A DNA stretch of 64,000 nt, from positions 480,001-544,000 of the forward strand of contig CP045477.1 in assembly GCA_009392915.1 (NCBI GenBank). The letters run 5' to 3'. Made by a program: the position numbers and the translations under genes. Positions 29,659-38,721 of this stretch are shown here, one piece after another (position 1 is the stretch's first letter; the number at the start of each line of letters is the position of its first letter). The DNA is from Candidatus Forterrea multitransposorum CG_2015-17_Forterrea_25_41. GTDB taxonomy: Archaea > Iainarchaeota > Iainarchaeia > Iainarchaeales > CSSED10-239. Under the pieces are notes generated by a model, which saw only the letters and a program-made list of their open reading frames with translations, made no database searches and was not told the DNA's origin.

Positions 29659-31359
29659 TTAAACCTCTTCAAAATGAAGGTCTTCTCTGTTTTCAAAAGA
29701 AGAAATATGTTTAAACTTTTCTTCTAAAAATTTCTTTTTATTAAAACCGTGTTTTTCAATCATTGAAGAAATATGCTCTCCACCTAAAAGATCAGGCATA
29801 ATAACATGAGTTGCACCTTCTTTATAAAGACTAAAAGTATTCTCTACATTATTAGAAGTTACAATAATTATTAAATCTTTATTAATCTCTTTTATTTTAT
29901 TAATAAACATTATATTTGATTCATAACTAGAAATAATAGATATAACCATCTTAGTTTCTTTTAGATTAAGATCATCTAAAAGTTCCATGTTTGTAACATC
30001 CCCATAGATACATGGAATTCTTCTTCTTGTAAGTTTTTGAATAGTTAAAGGATCATAATCAACTATTAAAAAATTAATATTATTTCTTTTAAAATGTTTT
30101 AAAAGATCATGGCCTACTCTATCATAACCAAAGACAATAACATCGTGAGGTTTATCTTGATTGTAAGATGCATCATCAACTTTCTTTCCTTGTTTTTCAA
30201 ATATTTTTAAATATTTTGAAATATATGGAAAGATCTTATCAGCATAAATAATCATGTAACTTGAACCAGCCATTGTTATTAAACCAACAGCAGTAACTAA
30301 AGAAAGAATAGTAGTATCAACATGTCCTACAGTTACACCAAGAGCAACTAAAATTAAAGAAAATTCACTAATCTGTGCAACAGTTAAACCTGCTAAAAAA
30401 CCATTTCTTCTTGAATATCCTAATTTACCCATTAGAATAATAACAATTAAAGGATTTCCAATTAAAACAAATAAAGATAAAAGAATAATTGGTACAATGT
30501 ATAAACCTACACTTGAAAAATTCATTTGGTATCCTAAAAGTATAAAGAAAATTACAATAAAGAAATCTCTTATAGGTCTCATTCTAGAACTAATCTCATG
30601 CCTGTAAGGAGACATTGAAAGAGTCATTCCTGCTAAAAAAGCTCCAACTTCAATTGAGAAATTAAAAAAATGAAATACAGCAGATAAAATTAAAGCCCAA
30701 CTTATTGAAAAAAGAATTAAAAGTTCTTGAGATTTTGCTAAAAATTTTGTAAATCTTGGAAGAACATATAAACCTATTAAAAAGAAAATTACAACTAGTA
30801 AAATACCTATTAAAACAGTTTTTATAATTTCAAAAGTAATATTTGTTCCTTGAGAACCTGCAATTGAAGATACAACCATTAATATTAATACAGCTAAGAT
30901 GTCTTGAACTATTAAAAAACCAATAGAAATTTTACCATATAGTCTATTTGTATCTCCTCTATCAGAAAGAAGTTTCATAATAATAATAGTACTACTAAAG
31001 GTAAGAGCTATTGCAATATAAATAGAAATTACTGTTGAAAAACCTAAAAGTATAGATACTAAAAAACCTATTACAGAAGTAAAAATAACTTGACCTAAAC
31101 CAGTAATTAAAGAAACCTTTCCAACTTCTTTTATAATTTTTGGATTTAAGTGAAGCCCTACAACAAACAATAAAAGAGCAATACCAATTTTTGAAAATAA
31201 TTCAATTGTTGATATGTTTGATAAGATATTTAAAGCAGAAACAATAATTCCAGTAACAATATACCCTATAAGTAAAGGTTGTTTTAATTTTTGCATAATT
31301 AAACCAACTAAGGTTGCAATTCCGATAATAAGGGCAATTTCAAAAAATACTTGAATCAT
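29659..31359 (-). CDS. CPA2-family (Kef-type) monovalent cation/H+ antiporter with C-terminal RCK/TrkA-N domain
   Basis: Roughly 12 TM helices followed by a VIVFGYDRVGHDL Rossmann motif. Confidence 0.7.
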   Translation of the reverse strand: MIQVFFEIALIIGIATLVGLIMQKLKQPLLIGYIVTGIIVSALNILSNISTIELFSKIGIALLLFVVGLHLNPKIIKEVGKVSLITGLGQVIFTSVIGFLVSILLGFSTVISIYIAIALTFSSTIIIMKLLSDRGDTNRLYGKISIGFLIVQDILAVLILMVVSSIAGSQGTNITFEIIKTVLIGILLVVIFFLIGLYVLPRFTKFLAKSQELLILFSISWALILSAVFHFFNFSIEVGAFLAGMTLSMSPYRHEISSRMRPIRDFFIVIFFILLGYQMNFSSVGLYIVPIILLSLFVLIGNPLIVIILMGKLGYSRRNGFLAGLTVAQISEFSLILVALGVTVGHVDTTILSLVTAVGLITMAGSSYMIIYADKIFPYISKYLKIFEKQGKKVDDASYNQDKPHDVIVFGYDRVGHDLLKHFKRNNINFLIVDYDPLTIQKLTRRRIPCIYGDVTNMELLDDLNLKETKMVISIISSYESNIMFINKIKEINKDLIIIVTSNNVENTFSLYKEGATHVIMPDLLGGEHISSMIEKHGFNKKKFLEEKFKHISSFENREDLHFEEV

Positions 31360-31434
31360 GTTTTATACACTATTAATAACTTTTTATAAATATATAAAAA
31401 TATAATATAAAACATTTAAAAACAGAACTAATTA

Positions 31435-32073
31435 TTAGTTTTTAAAAATAAGAAACCTTCTTTTTTCAAGGAAAATATTTTTTTTAAAATAAAGATATAA
31501 ACCAAAAAATAATATTGAAAAACCAAGAAAATAACCAGCTAAAACATCTGTAAACCAGTGAATATTAATTATTATTCTTGAAAATCCCATAAAAATAAAT
31601 AATAGTAAAGAAATAATTGAAATAAATTTGTTATTTTTATAAAACAAGAAAAAAATAAAACCAAAAAGAACAACACCCATAGTTGCATGTCCACTTGGAA
31701 AACTTAAAGTTGTAAGAAAAAGATTATCAGGTCTAATTCTTCCAATAATGTGTTTTAAAGAATAAACTATTAAAAGATCTAAAAAAACTAAAACATAGAG
31801 AAGATTAATTTCTTTATGTTTATTTAATAAACTTAAATAAATAGTTAATAGAATAACAATTATTAAAACACCATAAACAGAACCAATTGCAGAGATTATT
31901 TTTGCAAAAGAATAAGTAAAAGTATTTGTTAAATCAACTGTGCTACTGCTTACAAAATTATCTAATGAATTTGTAAGATTTATTTTAAATAAAACTAATA
32001 CTATTGAAAATAAAGATAAAAAGAAAAGTGATATAAAAAGATATTTTTTACTTTTATTTATAGCTTTTTTCAT
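31435..32073 (-). CDS. PAP2-superfamily membrane phosphatase
   Basis: KHIIGRIRPD (Kx6RP), SFPSGHA (PSGH) and SRIIINIHWFTD (SRx5Hx3D) motifs. Confidence 0.7.
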   Translation of the reverse strand: MKKAINKSKKYLFISLFFLSLFSIVLVLFKINLTNSLDNFVSSSTVDLTNTFTYSFAKIISAIGSVYGVLIIVILLTIYLSLLNKHKEINLLYVLVFLDLLIVYSLKHIIGRIRPDNLFLTTLSFPSGHATMGVVLFGFIFFLFYKNNKFISIISLLLFIFMGFSRIIINIHWFTDVLAGYFLGFSILFFGLYLYFKKNIFLEKRRFLIFKN

Positions 32074-32183
32074 AAAACATCAAAATTAATATTTGTAGTT
32101 AAAGAATATTCTATGAAAATATTTATATTTGTTTTTAAATTGAATTTTTTAAAGAAATAATTATTTTATCAAAATATAAAATA

Positions 32184-32528
32184 CTAAATTAATAATAAAC
32201 AACTAATCCAGTCTAACCATAAATGTAATAATACACCTAAAGAAAAATATCTTATAAACTTATTATTTTGTAATAAGCCTAATACCCAAAGAGGCATAGT
32301 ATACCAACTATGTAATGGATGAAAATTTATTGAGCATCTGGTAGGATCATATATTGGAGTAGCTAACAAATGATCTATATCAATTAAATTTGAACCAAAA
32401 ACTGATAAACAAAGATATAAGAAAGATTTTTTATCCTCTAAAAACCATTTTTTAACTTCTTTATCAAACAAATATATAATAGCAATTAATAATATATTTG
32501 AAACTATATGAATTTCTGTTGTAGGCAT
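32184..32528 (-). CDS. Small membrane protein, unknown function
   Basis: Hydrophobic helices only. Confidence 0.3.
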   Translation of the reverse strand: MPTTEIHIVSNILLIAIIYLFDKEVKKWFLEDKKSFLYLCLSVFGSNLIDIDHLLATPIYDPTRCSINFHPLHSWYTMPLWVLGLLQNNKFIRYFSLGVLLHLWLDWISCLLLI

Positions 32529-32608
32529 AAAAATTAATCCTAGTTTTTATTTTTTGAAAAATTAGATGAATGCTTGACCATCGCTCTTCAACTAAGTAAA
32601 GAGTTGAG

Positions 32609-32681
32609 TGCCTCGAGCCAGATTTGAACTGGCGGTCTCCAGATTATGAGTCTGGCGCTTTAACCACTAAGCCACCGAGGC
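32609..32681 (-). tRNA. tRNA with CAU anticodon (elongator Met or Ile2-type)
   Basis: Hand-folded. Acceptor GCCTCGG/TCGAGGC, anticodon arm CCAGA-CUCAUAA-UCUGG, T arm GCCAG-TTCAAAT-CTGGC, discriminator A. No initiator features (no G-C triplet in the anticodon stem, G1-C72). Confidence 0.75.
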
Positions 32682-32770
32682 AAAATATTTTTTAAAAAAT
32701 AATGATTTTTTTTAAAAAAAGACTTATTTTATTAATATATAATTATGAAACATATAGTTTATATATATTT

Positions 32771-33469
32771 TTATTTTTGTGCAGAAACCCTATAAACAAG
32801 CATTCTCTTAGAATTAAAAGACTGCATATAAAAAGATCTGTAATTAATAGGAATATTTTTAGTTTCAACTAAAGATACATTTACTTTTTTAAAATTATTT
32901 GAAAAAGCAGAATTAATATTTTCTAAATATTTATCCTTTGATATAAGTTCAGCTTCTCTAAAAGTATAAACAATTACTTTTCCTCCAGGTTTTAATTTTT
33001 TAGAAATTAAGTCAACTACCTTTTGAGTATATTTTTTAGAGCCTAGGTTTACAATTGAAAAAACATTAAAAAATTGTATAAAATTTAGAACTTTTAAATT
33101 ATTAAAATTTTTAGCTCTTGAATAAAAACCTAAAGCAAAATCACTTACAACAAGATCTAAAGAATTATTTTTAAATCTTGAAAGACCATTAACAAAATCT
33201 TCTTTATATTGTTCTAAGTTTTTAGGAACTGGTTTAAATTGTCTTTTTTCTTTTAAACCAAAATTTTTAAATCTCATTGATTCATGAACATAAGATTCAC
33301 TTTTTATATCTTTTAAATCAATTCCAAAAAACATAAATTCAGGAAACTTTTCAGCTAAAACTTTAGATCTAAATGCAGCATCTTCTCCTACATTTCCTAA
33401 ATGTACAATTTTTCTTTTTGGAGAAGCTTTATTTTTTACAAATAAATTAGAACTTTTTTTTAACACCAT
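32771..33469 (-). CDS. Putative SAM-dependent methyltransferase, TrmB (tRNA m7G46)-like
   Basis: IVHLGNVGEDAAF…FFGIDLK…LKPGGKVIVYT aligns loosely to the TrmB pattern. Weak. Confidence 0.3.
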   Translation of the reverse strand: MVLKKSSNLFVKNKASPKRKIVHLGNVGEDAAFRSKVLAEKFPEFMFFGIDLKDIKSESYVHESMRFKNFGLKEKRQFKPVPKNLEQYKEDFVNGLSRFKNNSLDLVVSDFALGFYSRAKNFNNLKVLNFIQFFNVFSIVNLGSKKYTQKVVDLISKKLKPGGKVIVYTFREAELISKDKYLENINSAFSNNFKKVNVSLVETKNIPINYRSFYMQSFNSKRMLVYRVSAQK

Positions 33470-33482
33470 ATAAAGCTACCAA

Positions 33483-34154
33483 TTAATTTTCTCTTCTTCT
33501 TACAGAAACAGAATCTTTTTCAGGATCATAAATAATAACAGTATCTAAAAGACCTAAAAAAACACCAGTTTCTAAAACACCAGGAATATTTCTTACAGAA
33601 TATTCAAAATCATCTAAAGTAATATTTTTATCTAATTTTATTTTTGCAAGAAAATGACCAATCTCAGTTTTTATAAATTCAGAATTAGAATCATAAAGAA
33701 CTTGAGCAACACCAAAACTTTGCAGGTGAATAATTGTTCTTTGCCATGCAAAAGTTGAAATTTCAACACAGACTTCAGAATTAATTTCAGGAACATATTT
33801 TTTAGTATTTGTTAAAACAACAAGTTTTAAAGCAGATTGAGAAACCATCTTATCTCTAATAAAAGAATTTGTTTTAATCTTTATAAAATTATTATAATAA
33901 TCAACTTGATCTCCAAGCTCTAAAGCAACATCAATCTCTTTATCATTTAAAGAAACAATATTTTGTTTTAAAAAAGTTAAATGTTTTGACTGCTTAGCAT
34001 TTACAGCTACAAAATAAACTACTTTGTTTTCTTTTTCTAAATATTCTACAACTAAAGAAATAAATTCTAAGTCTTTTGAAAAAGGTGCAATAGCTATTGT
34101 GTTTTTATTATTTATTTCTTTAATAAATTCCTGAACAATTAATGATAGATTCAT
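33483..34154 (-). CDS. Ribose-5-phosphate isomerase A-like protein, divergent
   Basis: The C-terminal PGVLETGVFLGLLDTVII matches the RpiA IPGVVE.GLF signature. Size 223 aa fits. The N-terminal GxGxGST motif is not conserved. Confidence 0.4.
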   Translation of the reverse strand: MNLSLIVQEFIKEINNKNTIAIAPFSKDLEFISLVVEYLEKENKVVYFVAVNAKQSKHLTFLKQNIVSLNDKEIDVALELGDQVDYYNNFIKIKTNSFIRDKMVSQSALKLVVLTNTKKYVPEINSEVCVEISTFAWQRTIIHLQSFGVAQVLYDSNSEFIKTEIGHFLAKIKLDKNITLDDFEYSVRNIPGVLETGVFLGLLDTVIIYDPEKDSVSVRRREN

Positions 34155-34226
34155 AACTAATGATTTATTGTTTGAAAAGTATTAAAAAGTTATGTTTTAA
34201 AAACAGAAGCACCTAAATATATATTA

Positions 34227-34287
34227 GGCGATGATGATATTGAACACCTGCTGATTAAAATATGATGATAGATGGGCGGGCTGAGCC
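34227..34287 (+). ncRNA. Dual-guide C/D box sRNA (2'-O-methylation guide): C AUGAUGA, 13-nt guide, D' CUGA, C' AUGAUGA, 12-nt guide, D CUGA, closed by a GGC/GCC terminal stem
   Basis: Canonical box order and spacing are read directly from the sequence. The D' guide pairs over 9 bp with the 23S A-loop in this window (target U at + coordinate ~39082, the Um2552 equivalent). The D guide matches the universal 16S sequence ACCGCCCGUCA with target C1402. Confidence 0.75.
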
Positions 34288-34530
34288 TTATAAATCTTTT
34301 TTAGGTTTTAAGACTACTTTTTCTTTAATAACAAAATCTTTCTTATTTTCTTCTAAAAAAGATATTCTTTTATTTAAAACTTCAATTTTTGAATTTAAGA
34401 TATCAAATTTAGCATCATTTGATGAAAAATTAAAAATTCTATTTTTTCTTACAATTACATAAGATAGTAAAAGATTTCCTATAAAAAAAATAATTATAAA
34501 AATTATTAAAATAACTGTTAAAGCATCCAT
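34288..34530 (-). CDS. Small protein with one N-terminal TM helix and a short coiled-coil
   Basis: Track ORF with a hydrophobic N-terminus. Function unknown. Confidence 0.3.
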   Translation of the reverse strand: MDALTVILIIFIIIFFIGNLLLSYVIVRKNRIFNFSSNDAKFDILNSKIEVLNKRISFLEENKKDFVIKEKVVLKPKKDL

Positions 34531-34553
34531 ATCAAACTAACCTCTTTTTTATT

Positions 34554-35312
34554 CTAAACAAAAACATAATTTCCTTTTCTTTTTTCAATTATTAAACCTT
34601 CATCTTTTAAAATTTCAATAACAACTTTTAAAACTTCTTTAGAATAATTTAGTTTTAAAGAAAGAAAATCAAGAGAAAAGTTTTCTTTTAAATTAAGATT
34701 AAATAAATTATTTTTAATTTCTATAAATAAATATTTATAAATAACATAATAGTTACCATCAAAAGATTTAATACCAATAACTTCTTTAGACTTAATTAAT
34801 TCTTCAAAATCAAGAGAAAACTTTTTTGCAAGATTAACATCTTTTAAAATAATATATTTATTTGTTTGAAAATCTGAAAATTCAGAATTTTTAGAATCAT
34901 TAAAATCTTTTTTAAAATTCATCTCTTTATAGTTTGAAGGTTGATAAACCCCTTTCTTGTATTTAGAAGACATTTTATATATTTCAATTTCATTATTTTT
35001 AAGCATATCCTTAAAAATCAATAAATCTTCTTTATTTAAGAGTTTTTCAAAAGAACCTTCAACTTTATCTTGGAAAGTTAAAGATTTATCATTTAATAGA
35101 TTTAATATTTTTTTCTTTCTTAAATCAACAGAATCAACTTCTTTAACAGAACCCTCTTCTTTTTTAGAAAGTGATTCTTTTAAAGAAATTTTTAAAAAAG
35201 AACCTTCTTTTTCTAAAATCAAAGGTTTACCTATAAATACCTCTAAATCATTAGATTCTTCTTTAGAATCAACATTTAAAAAATAAACTTGATTTTTTTT
35301 AACAATTTTCAT
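34554..35312 (-). CDS. Hypothetical protein with C-terminal winged-helix-like segment
   Basis: C-terminus …EVLKVVIEILKDEGLIIEKRKGNYVFV is wHTH-like. Start overlaps the upstream gene by 4 nt. Confidence 0.3.
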   Translation of the reverse strand: MKIVKKNQVYFLNVDSKEESNDLEVFIGKPLILEKEGSFLKISLKESLSKKEEGSVKEVDSVDLRKKKILNLLNDKSLTFQDKVEGSFEKLLNKEDLLIFKDMLKNNEIEIYKMSSKYKKGVYQPSNYKEMNFKKDFNDSKNSEFSDFQTNKYIILKDVNLAKKFSLDFEELIKSKEVIGIKSFDGNYYVIYKYLFIEIKNNLFNLNLKENFSLDFLSLKLNYSKEVLKVVIEILKDEGLIIEKRKGNYVFV

Positions 35313-35977
35313 AAATTATCAATATATTCATTAATTTCTTCAAAAGAAACTGAACATCCTTTAAACTTTAGAGCGTATAAAGCACCTTTTAAATTATTTT
35401 TATCTTTAAAAACAGATGCTAATAAGCCTTTTCTGTAAGCATATACTAAAAAATCTACAGATCTTATAACATTAACATTACCAATAATCTCCATAAACTT
35501 AATATATTTTTGTTCATCAATTGAAACTTTACTAGTTTTATATTTTCTTTTAAAAATTTCTAAAAGAGCATGAGGTTGTTCAATAATCATCCTTGTAGTT
35601 CTTTCATCAACTGCTAAATAAGAAGCATCTGTAAGTCCTAAAAGAGCTAAAGATTCAGCTTCTCCAATTTGAATAATTTTTATTGGATTACCTCTAACAT
35701 AAAACATATTATTTGTAAGATACATTATTTTATTTGTAGTTTCATCTAAAGCCTTATCACTTTGGTAAACATCAAAAATATGTGATGAAATTTCTTCTTC
35801 AATTCTTGTAGAACTAAGTTTAAATCTCATAACATTTCTAACTTTATCAATACATTCAAACTTAACATTTTTAGTAATTATAAAATTTCCAAGATTTTCT
35901 TTTAAATCTTTAAATAAAGGAATAAAACAGGTTTCTGAAAAACTAATAATTACACCAGAATCAAATACTATTTTCAT
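35309..35977 (-). CDS. Hypothetical protein with PIN-like nuclease fold features
   Basis: N-terminal VFDSGVII and internal IGEAESLAL / AVDERT acidic motifs resemble PIN catalytic residues. Start overlaps the upstream gene by 4 nt. Confidence 0.3.
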   Translation of the reverse strand: MKIVFDSGVIISFSETCFIPLFKDLKENLGNFIITKNVKFECIDKVRNVMRFKLSSTRIEEEISSHIFDVYQSDKALDETTNKIMYLTNNMFYVRGNPIKIIQIGEAESLALLGLTDASYLAVDERTTRMIIEQPHALLEIFKRKYKTSKVSIDEQKYIKFMEIIGNVNVIRSVDFLVYAYRKGLLASVFKDKNNLKGALYALKFKGCSVSFEEINEYIDNL

Positions 35978-36561
35978 TGTTTATCACCTTTATCTTTTTC
36001 AGCCATTACTTCTAAGAGATGTACTCTCTCATTTATACTTTTAAATTGTTTATCTTCATCTGGCATTTTTGTAATTCCAACATAAGACATTAATTGTTCT
36101 TTTGTAATTGATAAAAGATCAGAAGACTGAGATGCTGATAAACCATAAGCATATGCAGTTGATGCAAGTTTTACTCTTCCATCATCAATAACAACACTAA
36201 CATATCTTCCAAGCTCATGATCTGCTTTTTTTATAAGTTCTATAATATTTTTAATATAATTATTAAATTTACTTGGATCTTCTTCTCTATATACATTTAA
36301 AGCAGAATTTAAGTTTTCAACAATTGATATTTTATAATTTGCCCAAGAATTTGTTTGTGAGATGTGTTTTTTAGAGATTAATTTTCTTAAACCATAAAGC
36401 ATAACACAAATTTCTGAATAATCTTTATTAAAATTAACAATTGCTTGTTCTAAAGTATTATTCTCTATTAAATGTAAAGATTCATAATCATTTCTTTCAA
36501 GAAAAACAATTGCTGATTTAATAATATCAGTTATTTTTAAGTTTTCAATATTTTCTTCCAT
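35974..36561 (-). CDS. Hypothetical protein, first gene of a three-gene cassette with overlapping stop/start codons
   Basis: Track ORF. No recognisable motifs. Confidence 0.3.
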   Translation of the reverse strand: MEENIENLKITDIIKSAIVFLERNDYESLHLIENNTLEQAIVNFNKDYSEICVMLYGLRKLISKKHISQTNSWANYKISIVENLNSALNVYREEDPSKFNNYIKNIIELIKKADHELGRYVSVVIDDGRVKLASTAYAYGLSASQSSDLLSITKEQLMSYVGITKMPDEDKQFKSINERVHLLEVMAEKDKGDKQ

Positions 36562-36667
36562 CTTCTATCAACTCATTTTACATATTTCTTAAGATATATG
36601 TATAAATATATAAAACAAAACATATTTATATTATTTTATATATAGATAATATTGGGTAGAATAACAT

Positions 36668-37150
36668 ATGAGTCTTTATAAAGAAAATAAATTTGATTTT
36701 TTAAAAAATAAATATATATGGATAGTTATAGGTGCTATACTTGTTTTAGCTATATTAGGTTATCTTTTAACAATGGTTAACTGGCAAGGAATGTTTGAAA
36801 AAGATAACATAAAAGTTAAATTTCAAAATAATCCTTTAGTTGTTTCAGAAAAAGACAATACTTTAATTGAGATAACTTTAATTAACAATACAGAAAAAGA
36901 TTTAGATAACTTAGAAGTAACTATTAAAGATGTTGAAAATAACTTTGAAATATTTTGTCCAGATTCACAAGAAGACAAAACAAAAGTTATAATTCCAAAA
37001 ATGGCAAGTGGTAATGAAAGAATAATAACTTGTAATGTAAGATATGACCCTACAAAAGATTTTTTTGAAGGAACATATAGTTTTGATATAGAATATTCAA
37101 TTGAAGATTATATTTATACGAAAAGAGCAGACTTAACAGTTGAAAGGTGA
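36668..37150 (+). CDS. Membrane-anchored protein (N-terminal TM helix) with COG1361/CARDB-like extracellular domain
   Basis: N-terminal TM helix. Pattern LIEITLINNTEKDLDNLEVTIKDV is typical of archaeal S-layer-domain proteins. Confidence 0.35.
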   Translation: MSLYKENKFDFLKNKYIWIVIGAILVLAILGYLLTMVNWQGMFEKDNIKVKFQNNPLVVSEKDNTLIEITLINNTEKDLDNLEVTIKDVENNFEIFCPDSQEDKTKVIIPKMASGNERIITCNVRYDPTKDFFEGTYSFDIEYSIEDYIYTKRADLTVER

Positions 37151-37157
37151 AAGATAA

Positions 37158-37901
37158 ATGATCAGTAGTTTATGGAAAGGATTTAATTTTTTTAAAAAGA
37201 AAGAATTTTTTAAAATATTTATAGCATTTGTTTTATATGGAATTTCAATTTTTTTTTTAATAGATTATATTAATAATATAATAGATAGAATTGATTTAGT
37301 GTATGTTACAACCATAAACTACCCTCAATTAATAATTAACACCTTAGGTTTTGAAATTATACTTATCTTAGGTTCAATTTTTATAATTCTACTAACATAT
37401 GTTTTACTTTCAATAACAATTGCAAATACAGAAAGTAAAAAGAAAATTAATTTTTTTGAAAGATTAAGATTAAGTTTTAGATATTCATTATTATTTTTCT
37501 TAATATTTTTAGCATTTATTATATTGTTTGCTATTTTAGGAAGCATAATTAATATATTTACAATAATATTAATGATTCTATTATTATTTTCATTAATAAT
37601 GGTTATATTTATGTTTTATATTGGGAATATGTTTATTGGAATATATAATATAGATATTAAAGATGCTTTAGAAAAATCAAAAGACTTTTTTAAGAAAAGA
37701 TTTTGGAGAACTATTGCTATTTTGATATTAATATATTTAGTAAATGAATTAATTTTTATTGTTTTAGACTTTTTATATTTTAATATTTTTATATATAACA
37801 CAATAGCTGCAATAATTACAATACAGATAACCTTTTTTATAGGTACTATATATGTATTAAATGCTTTAGCTATATATGTAAAATCTCAAAAATTTATATA
37901 G
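37158..37901 (+). CDS. Polytopic membrane protein (about 6 TM), unknown function
   Basis: Hydropathy only. Confidence 0.35.
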   Translation: MISSLWKGFNFFKKKEFFKIFIAFVLYGISIFFLIDYINNIIDRIDLVYVTTINYPQLIINTLGFEIILILGSIFIILLTYVLLSITIANTESKKKINFFERLRLSFRYSLLFFLIFLAFIILFAILGSIINIFTIILMILLLFSLIMVIFMFYIGNMFIGIYNIDIKDALEKSKDFFKKRFWRTIAILILIYLVNELIFIVLDFLYFNIFIYNTIAAIITIQITFFIGTIYVLNALAIYVKSQKFI

Positions 37902-37914
37902 ATGGTTTATTAAT

Positions 37915-38597
37915 ATGATTTTTAAAAAAATTTTTAAAAGAAATAATAAACCAAAAATTAATTTTGCAAGCTATCCTAAAAAAAAGTTAATAAAAAGTAT
38001 ATTGATTCCTTTTGGGAAAAATACTTTGATGGAACTTTAAAAAGATCTATCAATAAAAGAATAGATAATAATACAATATCTAGTTATAATCCTAATGTTA
38101 AAATATTCCCTCTTTCTCCTACAGTTGCTGTTACTATTAGAAAAATTCATAATGGAAAAAGATATCTTGAATTAAATGAATATTTTAAAAATAAACTTAA
38201 GAATAAAAAACTAAAATATTCAGAAATTGTAATTTCAGATATTATTGATTATAAAATAAAAGGAAGAGATTACTTTTTAATGGAAAGAATAATTCCAGGA
38301 GCATCTGTAGCAGATGTATTAAATTATAAACTGTATAATAGAACAGCATTCTTAAATAGATTTAATGATTCATTTTTAAAAATAGTTCAGAAAATGGAAA
38401 AAAAAACTTTAGATAAAATGTATATTAATTTAGAAAAAGCAGTAAAAGAACTAAAAATAACTATTAGGAAAAATGAAAAAGAACATAAAATAGATAATTC
38501 TAAAGGAAATATTATAATTATAGACTATAATCCAAATAATGGAAAATTTAAACTAGGATTAATTGACCTTGATAGCTATTTTACATTTAGTTTTTAA
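37915..38597 (+). pseudogene. Small atypical protein-kinase-like gene (Bud32/RIO/Kdo-kinase-like) interrupted by a +1 frameshift in an A8 homopolymer at 37978..37985
   Basis: Frame 1 (MIFKKIFKRNNKPKINFASYPKKK…) stops after 41 codons. The overlapping frame continues KKVNKKYIDSFWEKY…FLMERIIPGASVADVL…HKIDNSKGNIIIIDYNPNNGKFKLGLIDLD, which has kinase hinge, HxDxxxxN and DFG-like motifs. One inserted A would fuse the frames. Confidence 0.5.
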
Positions 38598-38662
38598 ACA
38601 TATTATAAAAAAAAGAGCGATGCCTATATTTTACTAATTCTTTTAAAAAAAAAGTTAAAAAA

Positions 38663-38678
38663 GTAGGAAATAATGCCT
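38663..38678 (-). other. 3' half of the 23S processing stem (GTAGGAAATAATGCCT), perfectly complementary to 41749..41764
   Basis: 16-nt exact reverse complement flanking both sides of the 23S gene. Confidence 0.6.
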
Positions 38679-38721
38679 TTTTATAGCAAAGAGCAAGATG
38701 TTTTATTTAGTTAAAAAAAAT

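Noticed and set aside
32573-32608. Shared 10-mer AAGAGCGATG in the tRNA-Met 3' trailer (reverse orientation) and the 23S 3' trailer at 38617..38626
   Set aside because: Too short to exclude chance, and the two copies are in opposite transcript orientations. The palindromic hairpin caactaagtaaagagttg after the tRNA is more simply a terminator.
34262-34462. ORF-track 66-aa ORF starting MMIDGRAEPY
   Set aside because: Its start is the AUGAUGA C' box of the C/D sRNA, and it runs antisense through the real 80-aa gene.
38598-38721. Search for a 5S rRNA or tRNA in the 23S 3' flank
   Set aside because: No 5S-like or cloverleaf structure was found. The flank contains only the processing-stem half and AT-rich spacer.
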